From the IMG/VR virus record IMGVR_UViG_3300009868_000002, positions 39,556 to 103,555 of that record: a stretch of 64,000 nt of DNA; one strand, given 5' to 3'. Made by a program: the position numbers and the translations under genes. Origin of the DNA: a virus. Its lineage: Duplodnaviria; Caudoviricetes. The notes beneath the pieces are model-generated. The model saw nothing but the letters and a program-made list of their open reading frames with translations, had not been told where the DNA came from and did no database searches. Below are positions 56,128 to 63,818 of this stretch, piece after piece (within the stretch, counting starts at the first letter, position 1; each line of letters opens with the position of its first letter).

Positions 56128-56268
56128 CTAATAGATTAGCCGGAAACCGACGGTGACGTAGCGGAACGACGGGTCGAAGTCGTCGAGGTAGGCGGCGCGG
56201 CAGTCCCAGGCGCCAGTGAGCCAGCTGCCGCCGCGCAGCATACGATAATCCTTAATATGTAGTCTCAT
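56128..56268 (-). CDS. 46-aa separately encoded C-terminal segment of the FGE-sulfatase/CLec domain; DGR variable-region-like
   Basis: MRLHIKDYRMLRGGSWLTGAWDCRAAYLDDFDPSFRYVTVGFRLIY; ATGA overlap with the FGE gene stop; 71% GC core. Confidence 0.88.
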   Translation of the reverse strand: MRLHIKDYRMLRGGSWLTGAWDCRAAYLDDFDPSFRYVTVGFRLIY

Positions 56269-57140
56269 TCCTGCGGGAGTACGTTGAAGATGTTTTCAGC
56301 GCTAAAGTCCAGGTACTTAATCTTCGGCCAGTTGGCTTTCCAGATTTCTTCTGTCATTACGGGCGGGAATTCGGGGAGACACATCTCCCATACGTTGCCA
56401 TACAAGTCGTATACGTCGTAGCTGTTGGGCTTGAGCTCACCAACGGGATGTGTCCTTCCATTGGAATTCTCCGAAAACCACGCTACCTCTTTCAGGTTGT
56501 TGCTACCAGGATACTTATACGTTTCGTTTGGACGATTTACTACTGCCAGCCACTGGTCACTGATGGGGATACGCTGATGGCATTTGTATTGCACCAAGTC
56601 GATTTTCTCCTGTACTGACAGCTTGCGATTAAGAGCAACTTCTTGCTCCTTCACCAACTGTCCGCCAGTCTTCTCGCTGTTGGTGCCAGGGTAGTACCAC
56701 AACCAGATGTCCCCAGAGATACGGGCAAGGATGTAGGTACGTCCTAATCCCCGGTACTCGTTAATCCAGTTGCAGTATTCGATGGCGTCGAGGATACTGA
56801 TATTCACTGCAGGACGAGTACCACGCCCCCAATTCTGGTCAGCGGGAAAGCGGCGATTGGTATGCCAGCAATAGGCATCGTACATCTCAAATGTAAGGGT
56901 ATGCTTACCAATGAAGAGGTCGCCTAAATCGGTAACTTTGGTTTTCCATGTTACTTCATCAGTCTGTTTCTCTTCCAAGAATTTTTGGCGCCGTGACTTT
57001 GACATGGAATTAAAGTCAGCAAGACGCTGTTTATACTCCACGCAGGCTACAAGCCCAGGAGTTGCAAGAGACTTTACTTCACCGAGTTGGGTAAAGTCAT
57101 AATCCTTGCCTTGCTTAATGGTGAAAATAGCGTTTGTCAT
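56265..57140 (-). CDS. FGE-sulfatase (SUMF1/CLec-fold) protein lacking its RGGSW...GFR C-terminal segment
   Basis: RPAVNISILDAIEYCNW, RIP, YPGSN.L.EVAWF, THPVGELKPN.Y.VYDLYGNVWEMC, then ends with no RGGSW/GFR. Confidence 0.88.
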   Translation of the reverse strand: MTNAIFTIKQGKDYDFTQLGEVKSLATPGLVACVEYKQRLADFNSMSKSRRQKFLEEKQTDEVTWKTKVTDLGDLFIGKHTLTFEMYDAYCWHTNRRFPADQNWGRGTRPAVNISILDAIEYCNWINEYRGLGRTYILARISGDIWLWYYPGTNSEKTGGQLVKEQEVALNRKLSVQEKIDLVQYKCHQRIPISDQWLAVVNRPNETYKYPGSNNLKEVAWFSENSNGRTHPVGELKPNSYDVYDLYGNVWEMCLPEFPPVMTEEIWKANWPKIKYLDFSAENIFNVLPQE

Positions 57141-57177
57141 TCGTTATTTTGTTATTATAAGGTAATTTGAATGGTTA

Positions 57178-57203
57178 AGGGAGCGGCTGTTACACCGCTC
57201 CCT
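57178..57203 (-). terminator. Terminator-like hairpin
   Basis: agggagcgg/ccgctccct stem. Confidence 0.55.
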
Positions 57204-57210
57204 GTCCTGG

Positions 57211-57474
57211 TTAGTCGTTGTTGTTTTCCAAGATGCCTGTCAGAGGGTTTACCTCCTTCTGGATAGTGGCATCATAGATGTCCTCTTCCAGTACGAGCGT
57301 ACCGTGGATGGTATGCTCGACAGGAGTAGGACTGGTAACAACAAAGCAGACAACACCCTCTGCATGGTCGGCACGGGGCTGGAAGATAGCCCGACGCACG
57401 ACGTGCTTTTCGGTGCTGGTCTGGGAGAGGCACACAGGGGCCTCATCGACGGTTTCAACATCAGGTTTAATCAT
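57211..57474 (-). CDS. Small His-containing beta protein of the type often found beside DUF6745-like genes
   Basis: VEHTIHGTLVL..DIY..IQKEVNP..D; likely start ATG 57474. Confidence 0.55.
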   Translation of the reverse strand: MIKPDVETVDEAPVCLSQTSTEKHVVRRAIFQPRADHAEGVVCFVVTSPTPVEHTIHGTLVLEEDIYDATIQKEVNPLTGILENNND

Positions 57475-57485
57475 GATTAACGCGT

Positions 57486-57763
57486 TTAAAATGTTATTCT
57501 TATACTCCTTGATTTTCCAAATGTCCAAGTTTGTATTATCAGGTACATGCCAACATCGGAGATGTTAAAGCTGCCTCCATGCTGGTTAATGGGTTTGTTT
57601 CCTGTAAGAGTATATATTTTCATCATCAAAGTATTAGTCTGAATCCTCTGTCACGATTAAGTATAGCGTACAGTATCACTTTGGGGGCCATCCAATGTTC
57701 TTCTGTAAATGCTCCACCCATTCGGTAGAGATGGATATCTTCCGGTAGGCTGTATAGTAACAT
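57486..57763 (-). CDS. RLIL mini-ORF array H: 2 ORFs
   Basis: 57626-57763 (..YRMGGAF..RGFRLIL), 57486-57626 (..HGGSF..SIRITF); TGATG overlap. Confidence 0.8.
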
Positions 57764-57767
57764 AGCG

Positions 57768-57971
57768 CTAGTTTTCACAGGCAGCCAGTTCCATCGCCAT
57801 TGTGATGTAGATGACGGCTACCAGATTCTCATTGCCCTCTGCTTTGGCGTACTCTATATCTTCCTTGTACGCCTCAAAACGTCGATGCAGTGGATGAGTA
57901 GCAGGCAAGGCAAGCGTCATTTTTGTTGGCGGCAGCTGCAGGTCAAGCTGTTGAAATTCTATGTATTCCAT
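57768..57971 (-). CDS. Hypothetical protein
   Basis: 67-aa ORF. Confidence 0.55.
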   Translation of the reverse strand: MEYIEFQQLDLQLPPTKMTLALPATHPLHRRFEAYKEDIEYAKAEGNENLVAVIYITMAMELAACEN

Positions 57972-58114
57972 GGTTTATGATTTTAAAGATTGCTCCCGAA
58001 CTTCACGGCTCAGAGTACTATGGCAATATCGCCTTGGGGTTATCGGGAGCGCACTACCCTGTATCAAGTTAGCTACTTTTAGCTAGGGATAATACAGAGA
58101 TGATTGTAGAAGTT

Positions 58115-58143
58115 AAAAGGCAGGGGGCATTACTACCCCCTGC
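58115..58143 (-). terminator. Terminator-like hairpin
   Basis: gcaggggg/ccccctgc with a U-run on the - strand. Confidence 0.6.
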
Positions 58144-58341
58144 ACCAAACAAACTGTAATCTCATGAAAAATTATCTTTCTGCAAAGAATGGCGTAACTA
58201 TCCATTCCCCTTCTGTCTTATGCAGTCGCCCCTGCCCATTACAGATACCGATAGGACAAGTGAAAATCTTTCCTTCTTTAGGAAGGAAGATAGTCACCAT
58301 CTTCAGGCAGTGGGGGCATTTGATACGTATTAGCAGCCCGC

Positions 58342-58527
58342 TCATTCTATTCCATAGTTTGCAATGTACAGATTAATAGCAATCTTGGCTTGCCATAGCC
58401 AGCGATACTCACCGCCAATTCCTACGATGTAGTAGTAACCGTGGACATGTTCCACGGTAAAGCCACGATACGTGGTGAATGTAGAAGTTTCAGTTTTTGC
58501 CATTGCCTTGTTGTTGTAAGAGTGCAT
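58342..58527 (-). CDS. Hypothetical protein
   Basis: Small ORF in the operon; start uncertain. Confidence 0.5.
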   Translation of the reverse strand: MHSYNNKAMAKTETSTFTTYRGFTVEHVHGYYYIVGIGGEYRWLWQAKIAINLYIANYGIE

Positions 58528-58855
58528 TGATAATCTTCTGACTTGATTCCTCGTCGAATTTCAGCCCTCCCTGGTAGGGAGCCATACCTATCTCGATAGC
58601 ACGCTTTTGCCCTACAGCTGCTTCGTATACAGCAGCGGAAAATGTGAAAACATTTCCTTGGCTGCCCTCTTTAAGAATGAAGCCTATCCAGCTGGCGTCA
58701 AAATATTCAGCGCCAGAGTTCCAGCCTTCGTTGTAGCTGTCCATTTGGACAGCATTGATTTCTGTTGCAGTGTAGTAGTGCTTGCTAAGGATGATACTGG
58801 TAGCACCGATAGCGATGCCCAGCATGATAAACAGAAAGTAGGAAAAAGCTTTCAT
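58490..58855 (-). CDS. Membrane-anchored hypothetical protein
   Basis: N-terminal TM helix. Confidence 0.55.
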   Translation of the reverse strand: MKAFSYFLFIMLGIAIGATSIILSKHYYTATEINAVQMDSYNEGWNSGAEYFDASWIGFILKEGSQGNVFTFSAAVYEAAVGQKRAIEIGMAPYQGGLKFDEESSQKIINALLQQQGNGKN

Positions 58856-58958
58856 TGAACTTGTAGTTGATAGTGGAAAAAACTACGCCTGCCTTTGCAT
58901 CAATGATTCGGGCTGTGCGTAGAAAACATTAGGCATGAAAAATTACTCTTAATCTTTA

Positions 58959-59201
58959 TTATCTTTTCTTGTCAGACTCTTGTCTGAGCCAAAGCTCGAA
59001 TAGCTCTCCGATAGAGTAAAGTACTTCCAAATCTCCGAATTTTCCTGTCCAGTAATGTTCATTTTCGTGCATCTGTAAGGAAAATACGGGCTCAGGCTGG
59101 CCATATTCAGGCGTCTTAGGAGTGTTGAGCCATTTGATAAACTCAAACATATCCTTAGTGTTGACTGTATCAGGTGCTGGATGTTTCGTTACAAGTATCA
59201 T
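58959..59201 (-). CDS. Hypothetical protein
   Basis: 80-aa ORF. Confidence 0.5.
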   Translation of the reverse strand: MILVTKHPAPDTVNTKDMFEFIKWLNTPKTPEYGQPEPVFSLQMHENEHYWTGKFGDLEVLYSIGELFELWLRQESDKKR

Positions 59202-59227
59202 TTGTCGTCAATTTTAAGGTTTTTAAT

Positions 59228-59340
59228 TGGTGCCTCGCTGTGGATTTGAACATACCTTTCGGTCACAGTGCCATACAAGCGATAACGTAATGTATGGTCC
59301 CAGGCGATATCATGGGGCTAGCATCCCATCTATCCGAGGC
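59228..59340 (-). ncRNA. Atypical tRNA-like RNA ending in ACCA
   Basis: 5' GCCTCG pairs with 3' CGAGGC-ACCA; GTTCAAATC T-loop 12 nt before the discriminator; two internal hairpins; no canonical 7-nt anticodon loop. Confidence 0.55.
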
Positions 59341-59377
59341 ATAAAATAGAGGCAGTCTGGCTGCCTCGTCGGGGGTG

Positions 59378-59818
59378 CTAGCCCCCAAAAGCCCTGCGCA
59401 ACATTGCCCAAAAGCCCTGCTTCACTGCCGGAGCATTGATGAAAGGCTGTGCATCGCTGGGAAGCTGATGCTTCCTACGGTACTTCCTTTTGGGATGATT
59501 GCGTTGGTACTGCTCGTCGCCGCGCTTAATGGCGGCCTTCTTCCTGTCTTTGTACGTGTCTGCCATTTCTTCGATATTTAATGGTTGTAATCCTGCGAGC
59601 TGCTCTTCATTAAGGGGAATGCTGCTGTAGAGTACTATAGCAGTATCTCCCTTTATATGCAACTCCATGCTCAAAGTTACGCCTTGTGCCTGTAATGTGC
59701 CAGTCCCTGCCAGTACAATTATCAGGATAGCGCCAGCTTTACGGGCACTGCGTATTAGCAGAATACCTGTAATGGCCAAAGCCACTGATGCGATGCCGAT
59801 TGCTGTAAGTAGTATCAT
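59378..59818 (-). CDS. Membrane protein
   Basis: Two N-terminal hydrophobic segments. Confidence 0.55.
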   Translation of the reverse strand: MILLTAIGIASVALAITGILLIRSARKAGAILIIVLAGTGTLQAQGVTLSMELHIKGDTAIVLYSSIPLNEEQLAGLQPLNIEEMADTYKDRKKAAIKRGDEQYQRNHPKRKYRRKHQLPSDAQPFINAPAVKQGFWAMLRRAFGG

Positions 59819-59828
59819 GTCTTAGATT

Positions 59829-60104
59829 TTAGTCGTATCTATTGAAAACCAAAGCTAACCACCATATCGGCCACGCCAAGACTATATGGTAATCCAGTAG
59901 CCATACCCATTGGTATCCTTTCTCAGGAGTCCAACGTGACTTTACATGACTCCATACAATGGAGCGTATTCCTACTCCGTAAGATAGATATAGAAATACC
60001 CATCCCAGGAATGTAGGAGGGCCTAGAAGGCTTTTGTATATGAAATACATTAGCCACGCGGCTCCTGCCGTTACGACTAGTATTATTACGTGTGTATATT
60101 TCAT
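59829..60104 (-). CDS. Small multi-TM membrane protein
   Basis: Three hydrophobic segments. Confidence 0.55.
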   Translation of the reverse strand: MKYTHVIILVVTAGAAWLMYFIYKSLLGPPTFLGWVFLYLSYGVGIRSIVWSHVKSRWTPEKGYQWVWLLDYHIVLAWPIWWLALVFNRYD

Positions 60105-60115
60105 AATAGTTGTTT

Positions 60116-60472
60116 TTAGAGCTCCACATACTCACCCTGCAGCAATCTCTTGTCTACTGCTGTAAGGTGGTAGTTGTAGTCAACAATGAAATAGTCCTCA
60201 TTCAACTGGACGATGTACATTTTACTCCAGTCTTCAGGCTCTGGTACTACATACAGCACATGAACGTCCTGTATGTCTTTTTCGCTGGTGGCATGCATAC
60301 GATTGCCCCAAAGATTGGCAACAGTAGATTCAGCCGTAATGATATCCGAAGCATTTACGCGACGGACTTCCAGGCTGCCATTAAGCTTGAAAAATGCAAG
60401 GTAGCTATTCATAAGTTTGATTTTAAGAAGATACCCTCCACTGCCCCCTTCTGCAAAATCCTTTGCAGCCAC
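60116..60472 (-). CDS. Hypothetical protein (start uncertain)
   Basis: ORF in the small-gene region. Confidence 0.5.
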   Translation of the reverse strand: MAAKDFAEGGSGGYLLKIKLMNSYLAFFKLNGSLEVRRVNASDIITAESTVANLWGNRMHATSEKDIQDVHVLYVVPEPEDWSKMYIVQLNEDYFIVDYNYHLTAVDKRLLQGEYVEL

Positions 60473-60601
60473 GGGACAGATACTAACAGCACACTGTATG
60501 AAAAGGTGTTTACCTCACCTAGGGCGGCAGTGTACTGTAGCGGAGCAGTAAAGAGTATCATGTTTTTCACCCAAAAATCTCCGTGGCACCCTTTTATTCG
60601 G

Positions 60602-60934
60602 TTAAGCTTCCTTGAACTTCTTAAAGATGTGGAATACAAGGTTCTGTATCTCTGGAGTTTTAGCCTTTAAGGCGTACTCAATTCCTCCCTCGAAGAAACC
60701 TTCGAGTGTCTGTCCTTGGCTTTCTGCCACTTCCTGTAAGGCTTTCCTCAACTCTGTGCTTAGCTCTTCCAGCTGCTTATTCTTAGTTACTTGATACACC
60801 ATGTTCTGTTCGATATCAAACAGACTCATTGCCTTCAAGAAACCAGCATTGCTTTCTATGGATTTTGCCATTGCGGCGAACGGAATAGGCACAGCTGCCT
60901 CGTACATAATTGTTGCGATAAATAGCTGTTTCAT
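60602..60934 (-). CDS. Hypothetical protein
   Basis: 110-aa ORF with ATGA overlap. Confidence 0.6.
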   Translation of the reverse strand: MKQLFIATIMYEAAVPIPFAAMAKSIESNAGFLKAMSLFDIEQNMVYQVTKNKQLEELSTELRKALQEVAESQGQTLEGFFEGGIEYALKAKTPEIQNLVFHIFKKFKEA

Positions 60935-61191
60935 ACTTTGATTGTATTATGGTATTCTTCTATAGTCACTATAAGCTCACGAAACTTGTCTACAGCATCA
61001 AATGCACTTGTTGCAGCATAGAGAGCTTTATCTTCCAGCCGCACTTCGTATACACCTACGCCATTTACTCCCAAGGATATTCTTCCCTGCGGCGTTGTAG
61101 TGCTGGCGTATGCTGTAAAGGCTTCTTTTCTGAAGTGGTGTAGCCCCTGCACTGTGATGGAGTCCAGGAACTCTTGTGTAAACTTTTTCAT
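60931..61191 (-). CDS. Hypothetical protein
   Basis: 86-aa ORF. Confidence 0.6.
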   Translation of the reverse strand: MKKFTQEFLDSITVQGLHHFRKEAFTAYASTTTPQGRISLGVNGVGVYEVRLEDKALYAATSAFDAVDKFRELIVTIEEYHNTIKV

Positions 61192-61250
61192 GATTTCAGA
61201 TTTTGGTAAAAGGGGCCACCCGTAGGCAGCCCCCTTAAGCTTATGGGAAT

Positions 61251-61544
61251 TTACATCAGTTTCTCCAGCTGGCTGCGAAGTAGCTCACAGGCATGCTCAA
61301 TCATAGCCTGCTTGTCATATATCCTTAGTGAATACCCATCACTGGAATACTCTCCATCTGTACGTGCTGCATAGCAATGTAGCGAGGCTTCTTTTTGCCT
61401 GTCAGGATTGTAGTCTACTGCTATAAGCAGTGTCCTGCCTTCCGCATTAATGGGAAAAGATGTGACCTGAGCCATATCAGGAATGTAATTCTTGCGTTTT
61501 GCAAGGCGCAGAAGTTCTACGTCATCGTATTGATGCTGTATCAT
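61251..61544 (-). CDS. Hypothetical protein
   Basis: 97-aa ORF followed by a hairpin at 61208-61236. Confidence 0.6.
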   Translation of the reverse strand: MIQHQYDDVELLRLAKRKNYIPDMAQVTSFPINAEGRTLLIAVDYNPDRQKEASLHCYAARTDGEYSSDGYSLRIYDKQAMIEHACELLRSQLEKLM

Positions 61545-61569
61545 AATTAATGATTTTGGTTTCTCTTCC

Positions 61570-61945
61570 TGTAGATTGGGTAGGCAGGGTATTTAGTAAG
61601 CAGAAGGTCAGAGCAGACGGTAAGCCTCGCTGCAATCTAATGCACTGCCCTGTTTTAAGCCGTGCTTATAACTCACACGGCGCCTTCTACTTATTTGTCG
61701 CAGGCCCTACCCCTGCTTGTCTCACCCAGAGAATTGGCATCCATGCGATTTCTCCTCACGGAAAGGCTCGATGGATGGAAGAGCCCAGACCCTCTATACT
61801 ATACTATAGCCATGCATAGTTTATTGACGTATTCCTACGCCAGCTCTATGGCTTGCCCTTCCTAAAAAGGGATAGAGGTTATCTTAAAGTGTAGCCTCAA
61901 CTGCTTTGCAGCGTGAAGACTATTCCCCGGCGAGGCCGGGGCTTA
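61570..61945. ncRNA. Candidate structured ncRNA
   Basis: No sense-strand ORF >=60 aa; long-range pair 61577-61590/61709-61728; several local stems. Confidence 0.35.
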
Positions 61946-61949
61946 GGGG

Positions 61950-62183
61950 TTAGTTCTCGGTTTTCCATGCCACCCCATGTATGGGGGCCGGGTCATATAA
62001 GTGCCACTTCTCCATAGCATCTTTAAGCGTTGCATATTTTTCGGGAGTTGTGGTGAAATCGTCGCTTCCACGTAATGAGCGTGAAAACACACTTACGCGC
62101 CCATTCTTAGCAACAGTGGCAGGGTAAGTGGGGTAGCTATAGCGGAACCGCTCGTTCCGCTCAACTGCTCGTACCTTTTTCAT
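61950..62183 (-). CDS. Hypothetical protein
   Basis: 77-aa ORF with AT-rich leader. Confidence 0.55.
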   Translation of the reverse strand: MKKVRAVERNERFRYSYPTYPATVAKNGRVSVFSRSLRGSDDFTTTPEKYATLKDAMEKWHLYDPAPIHGVAWKTEN

Positions 62184-62382
62184 AATGATATGATTTTTGT
62201 GAAAAATTCAGTTCAACGCCAGCCGGACAAATGTGTTCCCGGCAAAAGTCACGGTATCGTCCTTCCTCATGCGCCGGTAAACAGCGCTGTACTTAGTATT
62301 TAGATGCGGCATAAGCGCATAAGGAACGCCTACACTAAAAGTTAGCCCCGGCCGTGGTTGCCGGGGCTTTTCTGTTACTGCT

Positions 62383-62607
62383 TTAATCAAGGATTTCAAT
62401 AATCTCAGCAGGGCAGGCAAACCAGCCTTTTGGGCTGGTGTCGTGCCAAGTTTCAAAACCGTTGTTATTATAAGCCCATACTTCAGCATGGAAACTCTTT
62501 TGTTTATAGATGGTTGTGGTATCGCCGACAATCGGATCAAGCGCATAACCTTCAAAAATTACCTGACGGTCTGTTCCTTTCCTGCCAATGAATTTTACCC
62601 TTTTCAT
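62383..62607 (-). CDS. Hypothetical protein
   Basis: 74-aa ORF with AT-rich leader. Confidence 0.55.
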   Translation of the reverse strand: MKRVKFIGRKGTDRQVIFEGYALDPIVGDTTTIYKQKSFHAEVWAYNNNGFETWHDTSPKGWFACPAEIIEILD

Positions 62608-62719
62608 CTTAAAAACTTTTAGTGGTTATCAAATAGCGCCCAGCGTTCTTCACGCTGGAGCACGGCGAAGATCAATTCTTTCATCCTCTTTATTGATTTA
62701 AGGATGAATTAATCCTCTC

Positions 62720-63235
62720 AATATCAAGCCCTGAGAGGTTGGGCTCTATGATATCGACAGCTCTCCAGCATCTCTGCCTTCGTCGAGCTTGCGCCTCTGT
62801 CCCCATGCAACAGGATTGTAACTACTATACATAGCTATGCGTGAGCTAACACGCTGCATAGCACTACAACGGACAGTTGCTAAGCTGTCCTAGAGACTTA
62901 TCGATGCGCACAATGCTACCCTTGGTCGGTAGCTACTAGACTAGCATCCCTGCTAGCTAGGCAGTCCTTAAACAGGAGAGCTGGACTGCTGCCATCGCAC
63001 ATCTTGCTCAAGAATGTGCTTATCCCACTTAAGGGCTTTCACCTCTCTCCATGTAGATGGATGAGGTAACTATTTATTTCTCCTGCCGTATTGCATCCCC
63101 ACCTTAGTTTAATTCCTAAACTAAGTAAGTGACAGGAAGGAAAAGAGAGAGCCCTGCTGCTATCTAACTCGCTGATACTCAGCTTTGTAGCGCAGCTATG
63201 CCTATGCATGCTGCCAGCAGTCAGGGCTCTATATT
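62720..63235. ncRNA. Candidate large structured ncRNA
   Basis: ~500 nt with no ORF in the track and at least 8 consecutive hairpins. Confidence 0.45.
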
Positions 63236-63457
63236 TTATGCTGGCATGGACTTAAGCTGTTGGTTAACAGCTTTTGCCAATTCGGCGTCCATGACACAGT
63301 ATTTTTCCCAACCTAATTGGTTGAGTTGAGCACAGATAGTTTCGAGGTTGCTTGGAAAGCCTTCAGCTACAAGCATCCATGCTGGCCACACTTGACCAGT
63401 AGCGATGCTGACTTGCTTACCGTACTTATACAAGCCGGTTTTGTCTTCGCTTTTCAT
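63236..63457 (-). CDS. Hypothetical protein
   Basis: 73-aa ORF. Confidence 0.55.
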   Translation of the reverse strand: MKSEDKTGLYKYGKQVSIATGQVWPAWMLVAEGFPSNLETICAQLNQLGWEKYCVMDAELAKAVNQQLKSMPA

Positions 63458-63533
63458 GCTATTAAGATTTTGGTTGGTTTAAAGGTAAGGCTAGCTACCA
63501 GGTGAGATAGGTAGCTAGCCAAAAGGGTTGAGG

Positions 63534-63818
63534 CTATGCCTCGAACCCTCCGCTGGTGTTGCGCGTTTGCGCCTCTTTCGTCAACCTGATGAAGGTGACT
63601 TCCTTGGCGCCACTGGCGGTGAGCACTGCATCGGCTACGGATTTCGGTGGCACGAACTCTTCCCACTTGGAGAAGTCCGTGTTATCCACGGGTACGAAAT
63701 GCATGTCACCTTCGTGGTTGAAAACGCTGAAGGTTTTGTCTGCCATATACGTGATGACGCGGCAGATTTTGGGAAGGGCTGCACCCTTTTGGGTATACCC
63801 TGATTTCAGTTGTACCAT
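63534..63818 (-). CDS. Hypothetical protein
   Basis: 94-aa ORF with AT-rich leader. Confidence 0.55.
   Translation of the reverse strand: MVQLKSGYTQKGAALPKICRVITYMADKTFSVFNHEGDMHFVPVDNTDFSKWEEFVPPKSVADAVLTASGAKEVTFIRLTKEAQTRNTSGGFEA

Noticed and set aside
56240-56300. Sequencing frameshift or programmed frameshift joining FGE to its C-terminus
   Set aside because: The peptide frame has a TGA ten codons upstream of its ATG, there is no canonical slippery heptamer, and the ATGA/MRL start matches the other 43 units. Not fully excluded without reads.
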